Source: an uncultured virus (IMG/VR IMGVR_UViG_3300032229_000206)
Lineage: Duplodnaviria > Heunggongvirae > Uroviricota > Caudoviricetes
Length of the DNA stretch: 64,000 nucleotides
Reading direction: 5' to 3' (one strand)
Virus record (IMG/VR): IMGVR_UViG_3300032229_000206
Shown: in pieces, positions 39,517 through 47,893 of the stretch
Layout: every line of letters begins with the position of its first letter
Position numbering within the stretch: position 1 is the stretch's first letter
Translations under genes and position numbers: made by a program
Notes under the pieces: generated by a model
Seen by the model: only the letters and a program-made list of their open reading frames with translations
Databases searched by the model: none
What the model was told of the DNA's origin: nothing

Positions 39517-39545
39517 AACTTAGTGGGTGCCTATAAGGCTGTCAA
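39517..39545 (-). promoter_or_regulatory. SigmaA-type promoter for the SSB/PolA operon
   Basis: TTGACA-17nt-TAAGTT on the minus strand. Confidence 0.75.
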
Positions 39546-39694
39546 GTTATTTAGCGCTCTTGGCGCGTTGACCTCTGTAACCTGTTTTCTTTTTATTCAT
39601 AGAACCTGGCTTCTTGTAGCCAGCTCCGTTAGGAGTAGCTGCCTGGCGTTGTTCTAAAGCCTTAGCAATCTTATCGTGGTGTTTTCCCATTTGA

Positions 39695-39841
39695 TTAGTC
39701 TTCTTTAATATAGGTTTCTAGCGCCTCAATAATGATGCTAGTAACCGTAATCTTCTCAGCTGCAGCTTTCTTTTGGACAGCAGTCCATAGCTGGTCTGAT
39801 ACGCGGATGGTACGCGTTGGAGTCTTAGGTGCGTTTGGCAT
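39695..39841 (-). CDS. Ribbon-helix-helix protein (leaderless)
   Basis: MPNAPKTPTRTIRVSDQLW...SIIIEALE; TACACT 6 nt upstream. Confidence 0.7.
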   Translation of the reverse strand: MPNAPKTPTRTIRVSDQLWTAVQKKAAAEKITVTSIIIEALETYIKED

Positions 39842-39884
39842 TGTATAAGTGTACACACCCAACGGGAGATGTTGGGTGTAAAAG

Positions 39885-39956
39885 CTCCCCACCAAGGACT
39901 CGAACCTCGACTCGCTGAACCAGAATCAGCTGTCCTGCCAATTAGACGAATGGGGA
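39885..39956 (-). tRNA. tRNA-Gln(CTG)
   Basis: TCCCCA..TGGGGA acceptor, GCTGA-TTCTGGT-TCAGC anticodon arm, GGTTCGAGTCC. Confidence 0.92.
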
Positions 39957-39957
39957 A

Positions 39958-40033
39958 TGGAGCGGTTGACGAGGCTCGAACTCGCGACCTGCACCTTGGC
40001 AAGGTGCCGCTCTACCAACTGAGCTACAACCGC
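39958..40033 (-). tRNA. tRNA-Gly(GCC), CCA encoded
   Basis: GCGGTTG..CAACCGC-T-CCA, anticodon loop TTGCCAA, GTTCGAG. Confidence 0.95.
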
Positions 40034-40037
40034 ATAG

Positions 40038-40110
40038 CTGCCCCACCTGGACTCGAACCAGGGACACTCGCATTAACAGTGCGATGCTCTGCCAACTGAG
40101 CTATGGGGCA
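40038..40110 (-). tRNA. tRNA-Asn(GTT)
   Basis: TGCCCCA..TGGGGCA, TCGCA-CTGTTAA-TGCGA, GGTTCGAGTCC. Confidence 0.92.
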
Positions 40111-41703
40111 CTAAACATCTGATGACTGTAAGAAAGTTTTTAAACTTCCTACAGACATTGACACCTTAGTTTCATCATCATCTACGCCTTCGCCATCAAT
40201 GATGGCATTAGCAATAGAACTCTTTTGTTGTAGGGCTTCCCATTGACGCTCTTCAATAGACCCTGAGATAACTATATCTTGGATTACAATTGAAGGCCAT
40301 GTTGAAGACGCACGTTTAATACGACCGTTACGCTGTGTGGCTGTTCCTGATGACCATGGTAGGTCATAGTTAACCAGCATGTTGGCTGCAGGTAGGTCTA
40401 CACCATAACCGCCAGCATCGGAAGAAATAAGAACACGAACAGTAGGGTCGTTATTAAAAGCAACTTTGTTATCTTCTTTAGTCTTAGCATCTAGTTTCCC
40501 TGAATATAGTCGGCACTGCTCTGGCCCTAGAGCCTCGGCAATCTTGTCAAGCATGTCTACATAGGTGGCAAATATAACTACTTTGTTTTCTTGATTCTGG
40601 TCCAGGAAGTCTTTAACGTACTGAGTAAGATAGTCAAGCTTAGGCGAGTTACCAACACTATCAAGAAGACCCCCATCAACCAGTTCAGTGACATAAGCAG
40701 AACCCTCTCCTGACATTAATTTAAATTTTGCAGCGCTACTTTTTAATAGCTCTGGATGTGAACAGAGCATTTTAAGTGCTCCAATCTTAGACATAATCTT
40801 TCCACGCATCTCGTCTTGTGGTCCGCCACGCGTAGACTCCATGCCATAGTGCGCCATAACATTAAAGTTAGAACCAAACAAATCTTGCGCTTCGTCAAGG
40901 TCAGCTAATAGGTCCTGTGAAATACGTGTATACAACTTTGAAGACGCTCTATCAAATACAATTTTGATTGGGTCTTTGTGAATAGTGTCAGGAAGATACG
41001 GCGCTACGTCTGGGTCTTTCTGTGCTTTACGTACGCAGACCTCTTTCATCCTAGTGTGTAGGGTAGAAAGATTACGGTAGTACTGTGGTGCGCCCCACGA
41101 GTTTCTTACAATAAAAGCAGAGTCAAAGATGTCAAACCTACCAAGTACGCTGGCGTCAACAAACTGCATAATGCTATACAGCTCTTCAGGCTTGCCATTT
41201 TCAATCGGAGTACCAGTGAGTGCATATCTATATTTAGCATTGATTAACCTCTTTACTGCTTTGGAGCGTTTGGATTTAAAAGATTTAATGGCTGTGGCTT
41301 CGTCAAGGACAACAAATCCTCGTGGTAGTTCTTTGATGGTATCCCAGTCATTAACAACCTGCTCATAGTTAAGAATGATGTAATCGACCCCCGAGTTGTG
41401 CCAGTCCATGGCTTTAGCATATTGCTCTGCTCTTTTCTTCGGCGTTCCATCAATGACCAAAGCTTTAGAAGTTCCATCGGTAAATTTCTCAATCTGATTA
41501 GCCCACTGATACTTCAATGAGGATAGACAGATTATAAGACCTGGCTCTGTAACTTTGTTCTCATCCATCAAACGTTCTATGGCTGCAATAGTAATAACAG
41601 TCTTGCCAAGACCTAGGTCATAGGCGACTAGCACCTTGTGGCGTTCAACCATACGGTCTACAGCCTCAGGTTGATATGGAAGTAGGGTCCCTTTAAAAGT
41701 CAC
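40111..41703 (-). CDS. SNF2-family helicase
   Basis: DLGLGKT, VLDEA, ALTGTPIEN, GGYGVDL, QRNGRIKR. Confidence 0.92.
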   Translation of the reverse strand: MTFKGTLLPYQPEAVDRMVERHKVLVAYDLGLGKTVITIAAIERLMDENKVTEPGLIICLSSLKYQWANQIEKFTDGTSKALVIDGTPKKRAEQYAKAMDWHNSGVDYIILNYEQVVNDWDTIKELPRGFVVLDEATAIKSFKSKRSKAVKRLINAKYRYALTGTPIENGKPEELYSIMQFVDASVLGRFDIFDSAFIVRNSWGAPQYYRNLSTLHTRMKEVCVRKAQKDPDVAPYLPDTIHKDPIKIVFDRASSKLYTRISQDLLADLDEAQDLFGSNFNVMAHYGMESTRGGPQDEMRGKIMSKIGALKMLCSHPELLKSSAAKFKLMSGEGSAYVTELVDGGLLDSVGNSPKLDYLTQYVKDFLDQNQENKVVIFATYVDMLDKIAEALGPEQCRLYSGKLDAKTKEDNKVAFNNDPTVRVLISSDAGGYGVDLPAANMLVNYDLPWSSGTATQRNGRIKRASSTWPSIVIQDIVISGSIEERQWEALQQKSSIANAIIDGEGVDDDETKVSMSVGSLKTFLQSSDV

Positions 41704-41939
41704 AGTGGTATCTCGTTAACTCTATCTTTAGACCAATGAATGTAAGACCTAATATAGACAAGAGCGTAGGCAAGAGCAGAAAAGATAAATCCATACTGGT
41801 CAGTAGTTAACGCGTAACCAATCCACAAAACCTCGTTAAAAAGAAGAACTAGCCAGCCCCAAATAGTTTTACGTCCAACAAAGTAAATTCCCCCGACACC
41901 TATAACAGCAAGGACCCAGGACCCATACTCCATAATCAT
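41700..41939 (-). CDS. Small PnuC-like membrane protein
   Basis: Three hydrophobic segments, GRKTIWGW. Confidence 0.55.
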   Translation of the reverse strand: MIMEYGSWVLAVIGVGGIYFVGRKTIWGWLVLLFNEVLWIGYALTTDQYGFIFSALAYALVYIRSYIHWSKDRVNEIPL

Positions 41940-42478
41940 ATGTATGCTCTCATTCTTGTATTAATTAAAACTTTAAGGTCATCAAGGGTACCGTTGTTAA
42001 GGAATATTTGGTCAACCTTTTCCCCATCCATGGCTGTCTCTGATGCATGGGCGTTTACTGGGATAACCCCACTGCGCTTTATGCGCCAAATCTGTGAGTT
42101 ATCATAATCTCTAATAGCCTTAGCTTCGTTTGGATACCTAACGTCAGTAATAACATAGTTAACTTCTCCAAACAATTGAAGCTCACTTAAAGCCTGCTTT
42201 ACCCAAAACATATCTCCAAAAGTTTTGCGAGCGCCAACTCCTAGGCTCTGTAACATATTACGAACCTCTGGAAAAGCAGTCTTAGCAACGTCCCAACCGT
42301 AACCATCAACAACTCCTTGAACTCTATACCCACCATCTTTAACTGTAGGGTTCATCTCATAAAGAAGTTTGCGAATAGGGTCTGCAAAAGCAATACGTTT
42401 GTATCCGTAATTTTCTACAAGAATGTTAGCAACTGAGTCTTTACCTGATTGTGCGTATCCAGTTAATCCGATAATCAT
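41936..42478 (-). CDS. Deoxynucleoside monophosphate kinase
   Basis: IIGLTGYAQSGKD, AFADPIR, ITDVRYPNE, HASE. Confidence 0.9.
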   Translation of the reverse strand: MIIGLTGYAQSGKDSVANILVENYGYKRIAFADPIRKLLYEMNPTVKDGGYRVQGVVDGYGWDVAKTAFPEVRNMLQSLGVGARKTFGDMFWVKQALSELQLFGEVNYVITDVRYPNEAKAIRDYDNSQIWRIKRSGVIPVNAHASETAMDGEKVDQIFLNNGTLDDLKVLINTRMRAYI

Positions 42479-42479
42479 C

Positions 42480-43394
42480 TCAACTCCTTAACATGTGGGT
42501 AGCGTTCTCAAGTCCCCAGACTATCTCAGCTTGAGACATTCCGCCAACGTCTTTCATATCTGTCTGAGAATAGTTAAATAACCAGCATTCAAGACCGTAC
42601 TCTTTTGCCCTCTTAAGCAGGTCACGGGTAGCCTCATTACCAGCCTTATCATTGTCCATTGCAAAAATTACACGTTCCCCACCGCGAATTAAATTAAACT
42701 GCACATTAGAGACTATGCATCCATAGACCGCTACGCCCCCTGGGAAGCCCACAGAAGCTAAGCGAATGACATCTAGTGGTGACTCAACAACAATCATGTC
42801 TCCGCCTTCGTACAGGTCGTAGCCAAATAAAGCATCGCCCTTCTTTACACGAGCAGTGTTCTTAAAGATGCGTCGGTCATGACCCTTCTCCTGCCATCCC
42901 ATAAGCTTATTAGTTAGCGGGTCTCTAATAGGAATAATCCAAGACTTGTCAGTGGAGTTCCAACGTACGCCATACTTCCAAACTAAATCTGGTAACAATC
43001 CTCTAGTCAAACATGTAGCGCCAGGCACTCCTTTAAATGCACTGAGCATAGACTCGTGGATAATAACTGGCTCTTCTTGCTTTTGGTCTTTGAGGTTTGT
43101 AAGACGTTGAAAACGAGAACGCAAAGATGACTCAACTTTTGCTGCTAAATCTAAATTACCACCACCAGCTACACCACCAACCTGCTCTATAAGTGTGTAG
43201 ATGTTTCCTTTCCACTGACAAGAGAAACATATGAACGCGCCACTATCAGCATTTATCCATAACGATGGGTTCCTATCCTCTTTGCCTGTGCGCTCTTTAT
43301 GAGCAGGACAGTTAATCTGAATCTCATCGCCACGAGTATCGTTGACGTTAAGACCTAAACTAACAAGGGTGTCTTTCATCTCCTCTATGGTCAT
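42480..43394 (-). CDS. DNA primase (CHC2 Zn finger + TOPRIM)
   Basis: CPAH..D..PS..CFSC; VVESPLD; MDNDKAG. Confidence 0.9.
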   Translation of the reverse strand: MTIEEMKDTLVSLGLNVNDTRGDEIQINCPAHKERTGKEDRNPSLWINADSGAFICFSCQWKGNIYTLIEQVGGVAGGGNLDLAAKVESSLRSRFQRLTNLKDQKQEEPVIIHESMLSAFKGVPGATCLTRGLLPDLVWKYGVRWNSTDKSWIIPIRDPLTNKLMGWQEKGHDRRIFKNTARVKKGDALFGYDLYEGGDMIVVESPLDVIRLASVGFPGGVAVYGCIVSNVQFNLIRGGERVIFAMDNDKAGNEATRDLLKRAKEYGLECWLFNYSQTDMKDVGGMSQAEIVWGLENATHMLRS

Positions 43395-44620
43395 TAGATA
43401 TCACTTGCATCAATCTCTCTAAACGTACCTGTGCCCCAGTCCCATAGGAGTGATACGTCTACGCGACCAGAGTTACGTGAGTCAAGAATCTTAAGTACAC
43501 GGGTGTCATCTACATTCTCGTCTTCTCGCTGTAAACCAAAGATAACGTCAGCGTCCTGATGGAAAGAAGATGAGTAACCAATAGAGTCAGCAGTTACCTG
43601 CCCCTTCTTCATCTTCCAATTAAGTACCTGAGTAGAGATAACTACTGGAACTTTGTAACGCTGCGCCATGCGCTTTAACGAACGGGTGATGTTAGTGATT
43701 GCCTGTGGGGTGTTCTGCTCTCCAGACTGCTCATCAATCATAAGGTAAGTACCGTCAATGAACACGATGTCTGGGTGTAGAACCTGAATCTTGTTAGCAA
43801 TACCAGAGACTGTAGAACCGTTAGCGGAGTCCACTAACCAGAACTTCTTACGCATGTTCTCTAATGATTTAAGCTTCTGCTTGTATCTTGCTTCGTCTTC
43901 TGCAGATAAAGTACCAGTTAACAAACGTGTGTGTGATACGCGTGAACGCATAGCATCGTAACGAGTTTGCTGTTCATGGTTACTCATTTCAAATGACTGG
44001 AACATTACGCACTTATCCTGCATGTGGATGTTCTGTGCAACCTGCAAAGCAAGAGTTGATTTACCTGTCTTAGGTGGAGCAACGATAACAATTAGCTGAC
44101 CATCTTGTAAGCCGTTAGTCGCTTGGTCCATAGTAGGAAAACCAGTAGGAACGCCAAGCATGCCTGGGTTGTTCTTTCTAAACTCGTACTCATTGAAACG
44201 CTCTAGTGCGTTATCAGTAAGGTCTAGGTCGCTGGTCTTACTAAGGCCGTCTTCTTCTAGCTTGGCTAGGTTACCTTGAATAACAAGTAAAGCCTTTTCA
44301 TGGTCTTTTTCTTTTTCCAAAATATTGATGGTTTCATCCATCATATTAATGGTCGCAGCCTTACGTCGGTCTGAGATTACAGTGTCAATTAAATAATCAA
44401 CGCTGTCATTTACTTCCAACAACTTATAAGCAGGGAAGTTACCCGAGATAACATCAAGGCTTGGGCACTCTGCATAGTTAAAGAAATGCTGTCGTGTAAA
44501 TATCCATACACGTTTTACATCAGGGTCAACAAACCAACTGTCGTTTACGCCTCTATCAAATAATGGGGCTAGGTTGCGGTCTGCAAGTACTTTACTTAGT
44601 AACTTTGCTTCATTGTTCAT
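43394..44620 (-). CDS. DnaB-like replicative helicase
   Basis: GVPTGF, APPKTGKS, SFEM, VFIDG, HQDAD. Confidence 0.92.
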   Translation of the reverse strand: MNNEAKLLSKVLADRNLAPLFDRGVNDSWFVDPDVKRVWIFTRQHFFNYAECPSLDVISGNFPAYKLLEVNDSVDYLIDTVISDRRKAATINMMDETINILEKEKDHEKALLVIQGNLAKLEEDGLSKTSDLDLTDNALERFNEYEFRKNNPGMLGVPTGFPTMDQATNGLQDGQLIVIVAPPKTGKSTLALQVAQNIHMQDKCVMFQSFEMSNHEQQTRYDAMRSRVSHTRLLTGTLSAEDEARYKQKLKSLENMRKKFWLVDSANGSTVSGIANKIQVLHPDIVFIDGTYLMIDEQSGEQNTPQAITNITRSLKRMAQRYKVPVVISTQVLNWKMKKGQVTADSIGYSSSFHQDADVIFGLQREDENVDDTRVLKILDSRNSGRVDVSLLWDWGTGTFREIDASDI

Positions 44621-45333
44621 AGTTCCTTAAATGTCCTTCCCCATCGACCGTATTGTAAGAGGCGCGAGTCTACATCAACAACGCCAACAACTTCAGGTCT
44701 ATAGGGAAGTTCGCTGACCAAATGATTAACCGATTCGTATGCCGTAAAGTATCTAAAGGGATTGGTACCCATCTTGTCAAGTAGGTCCATAGCTTCAGAT
44801 AAATTTTCTTCGTCTAAGTTGTAAGACACAAGTTCAAGCGTCACCCCTGCACGGGATGTATATAAATATAGATAGCTTAAAATATCGCGTCTAAACTTTT
44901 TATTTATTTTTACTGATGGGATTATTAAAAGCTTCCGCTTAACGGAAACTTCTACATCCATAATCAGGTCTGTTGTAACTAACAACCTTTTGGGGAGTTC
45001 GTTACTGATATCCCCGTGCTTCATTTAAAAGACTTCTATCTTACCGAAGCGAATTACAAAGTCACGGAAGTCTTCCTTGGACTGTTTAGCTTTAAACACA
45101 TCGTCTTTAGTAGCACGACTAGAGAACTCTAGTGGGTAATTGTCTCCACCGTTAGATTTAACACGGGCTTGTACAAACTTAACATGCTTACATGTACTAC
45201 GACCTTTGTAGCCTTGGCATGTGCAATAAAACTTGTTGTCGTCATCGACAGATACTTCAAAGATTCCTGGACCAGGGGTCTGGGATTGACTTAGAAATAC
45301 TTGTACAAGTTTAGTATCCATTACCTTGCTCAT
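44617..45333 (-). CDS. Hypothetical protein (44617-45024) and SWIM Zn-finger protein (45025-45333)
   Basis: CTC....CKH in the second. Confidence 0.65.
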
Positions 45334-46019
45334 TCTCGTAGGTCTCCTTTGTTAGTAACCATTTCATAATATAAGAATGCTTCCTTGGCAAAACTTTCGG
45401 TAGCGTCTCCGTAAAGACTACTCCAATCGTCAAGCAAGACGTTAGTGGTCACTATGGTTGGCAGCCCTTGATTGAACCGTGTACGTAGTACGTGGTGCAA
45501 CACATTCTTCTGCCATCCGCTTAGGCTAGCGTGTTCCTTACCTACATCGTCTATCACTAGGACTCGGATGTTATAGGAGTCATGCGCTTCGCCTAAGACA
45601 CCATAGTAGAGGACCTCCTCCCAGTCTGTCGGGCTATCCATCATGCGACCTTGTAGGGCCAAAACGTCATTAAAGGTCATAAAGTAGCAAGGACGTATTA
45701 AAACGCCACCCTCCTCAACATCAAAAGCTTCGATAGGGGAGTTGAGCATGATGGTCTGGATAATAGATGCAGCCACTGTTGACTTTCCACGACCAGGCTT
45801 TCCAGCTAGCAACAACCCCTTACCGCAATCCTTACTAGAAGAAGCACGGACGTTCTCACCTTTGTTAAAAGTTTTAAGCCAACTTTTAATATCTGCAATA
45901 TCGTCTTTGTCAGTGTCTTTGCAATCATCCACTGTCCAACCTAGACGAGCCTTTGGTATGCCAGCAGCTTTAATCCATGAACGACGACGAACCTTTTGGT
46001 CTTCAAGTTTGTACATCAC
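45330..46019 (-). CDS. DnaC/IstB-like AAA+ helicase loader
   Basis: GLLLAGKPGRGKS, LVIDDVGKE, R...LPTIVTTN. Confidence 0.85.
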   Translation of the reverse strand: MMYKLEDQKVRRRSWIKAAGIPKARLGWTVDDCKDTDKDDIADIKSWLKTFNKGENVRASSSKDCGKGLLLAGKPGRGKSTVAASIIQTIMLNSPIEAFDVEEGGVLIRPCYFMTFNDVLALQGRMMDSPTDWEEVLYYGVLGEAHDSYNIRVLVIDDVGKEHASLSGWQKNVLHHVLRTRFNQGLPTIVTTNVLLDDWSSLYGDATESFAKEAFLYYEMVTNKGDLRE

Positions 46020-46954
46020 TCAACCCCTAACTGTGCACGACGCTTTGCTTTAACAGACTCTACACGTGATAAGTCTTCTGGCGCCAGTGCACGTTTTGCT
46101 TCTTCCAACATTGTGGGAGCATACTTTATAAAACCAAAGAAGAGAGCATCAGGGCTTCGCTTATCTGTATCGTGCTTCTGACTATCAATCCAACGGTCAA
46201 GAATTTCTTTTTCAATATCGCCAGTAGTACCAAAATCTGCACGGAAATTTTTCATAGCGCTAATAAACGCGGGACGCTGGTTGGTAGTAACCTCACTAAT
46301 GTGCCACACATTCTTAACCAGTTCCGCAAAGTAATTAACTACATCCGTAGGTGTCCACTTCTCAACGGGACGTGAAGCTCTAATCTTTTGGCGGTCAGTG
46401 TGCTTCTTCTTCTTAGCCTCTGTGCGTTCCTCAGCCTTGCGCTTAAGGTCTTTTTCTATCTCTGCTGCTAAGTCATCTGGGTCTAGCCACATGTCGACTC
46501 CTTCGATAAATTCTTCTGTTTCTTTATGGGACGCATGGAGTGCGTCCCCTTGGTTAATAGAATATGCCTCTATGCTATTAGGATAATTAGCTAGAGAGCT
46601 ATTCTGTGATATAGAGGGACGGGTTTTCCGCAACGGTACCGTTGCGGGTTTTCCGCTACGGTTCTTCCCATCCTTCATATGTTTCTTGAGGATGTCAATA
46701 CCCTTTTGGGTAATCTCCACAGTGGACCAAAAGTTCCCGTTGTAATTCCCTTTAGTCAAGGCTACAAGGTCGTTAGAGCGTAGTTCTATCAAACCTGATA
46801 GAACGTAGTCCTTACCCACCCCAAGAGCCTCTGAGAGGCCTTTGGAGCCTCCTGAGGCCCCTTGTGCGTACACGTGTAGGAGTAGCCCCAAAGCCTTAGG
46901 GCTTAGGTGTATCTGTGTCATTACGGCCAAATTCCTCCTTGAAAGCGCGGGCAA
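46016..46954 (-). CDS. Putative replication initiator (N-terminal wHTH)
   Basis: LSPKALGLLL...LSEALGVGK..V...L.EL; directly upstream of loader and helicase; internal repeats. Confidence 0.6.
   Translation of the reverse strand: MPALSRRNLAVMTQIHLSPKALGLLLHVYAQGASGGSKGLSEALGVGKDYVLSGLIELRSNDLVALTKGNYNGNFWSTVEITQKGIDILKKHMKDGKNRSGKPATVPLRKTRPSISQNSSLANYPNSIEAYSINQGDALHASHKETEEFIEGVDMWLDPDDLAAEIEKDLKRKAEERTEAKKKKHTDRQKIRASRPVEKWTPTDVVNYFAELVKNVWHISEVTTNQRPAFISAMKNFRADFGTTGDIEKEILDRWIDSQKHDTDKRSPDALFFGFIKYAPTMLEEAKRALAPEDLSRVESVKAKRRAQLGVE
46620..46662. repeat. Iteron-like direct repeats plus 20-bp palindrome (candidate origin)
   Basis: CGGGTTTTCCGC(A/T)ACGGT at 46620 and 46645; CCGCAACGGTACCGTTGCGG 46628-46647. 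Confidence 0.7.
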
Positions 46955-47881
46955 AGATGCGGGCTATCTCTTCGACCCCCGCGTAGAGATTCTCAAGACC
47001 TTCGTCGTCGTCTTCTTCTTCGTCTTCGTACTCTTCGTCATCTTCTTCTTCACTGCCTTCTTCTTCCTCCGCGGCATCTTCCTCTATCTCCTTTGCGGTC
47101 ACTTGTTCTTTCTCTGGGAAGTTAATCACCTCTGCCTTTTTAATATCAGCAGATGGATTGATTGGGACTAGGCCATCGGTAAGGTCAAAGCATTTAATCT
47201 CAGCTTTCTTACATGCAACTAGGATGTCTAGAGAAGTATTATCTTCATCAGACCATAGAAGAAGCGCCGTTGCCTTTTCTCCCACAATTATTTCAACAGC
47301 CTTGTTAATTGGGTCTGGGTCATTAATCATAGAACCAGCGGGAAGGTTAGTTAGGTTAGCGCCTTCCGATGCTATGTAAACAACCTCTTTGTTTTTTTCT
47401 TTTGCATACTGTGCAGCAAAAACTTGGGAAGGCGTTGGGTTACCAAAGATTGGCATAACAACAATGCCATCTGCACCATTGGCATAGTAATGGTCTTCCA
47501 TTAGTGCCTCAATGTTTGCGCGACTTGTCGCACCGTTTCCTGCTACCAGTACATAGTACTTGTCCATGTGGACCTCCTTAGGTGGCCCACATACTACACC
47601 TATTCGTCGCGGGCGCTATTAATTACGGCAGGTCTATAGGTGGCTACCCTCTCTACAAGGGCTAGTAAAGCTGCCCCTAGGAATGCTCCCGCTATGGTGT
47701 AGAGGATGTAGCTTTTAGTAGTTGAAACTTCAACTAAATACACAGCTACTGCTGAGAACAAAATAGAGAATCCAGCATTTAATATTTGAATGCCAATAAA
47801 AATACTAAGCACATCTAACAAGGAACGTATAGAAGCTAGGAAGAACCCTGTAAAGCATCCAATAAGAAGTAGCTCAAGCAT
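46896..47881 (-). CDS. Hypothetical protein with acidic tail (46896-47567) and 3-TM holin-like membrane protein (47600-47881)
   Basis: EEEEGSEEEDDEE tract; hydrophobic segments. Confidence 0.55.
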
Positions 47882-47893
47882 GAGCCTATCCTA

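Noticed and set aside
39718..40099. ORFs 39718-40002 and 39869-40099
   Set aside because: They overlap three clear tRNA genes.
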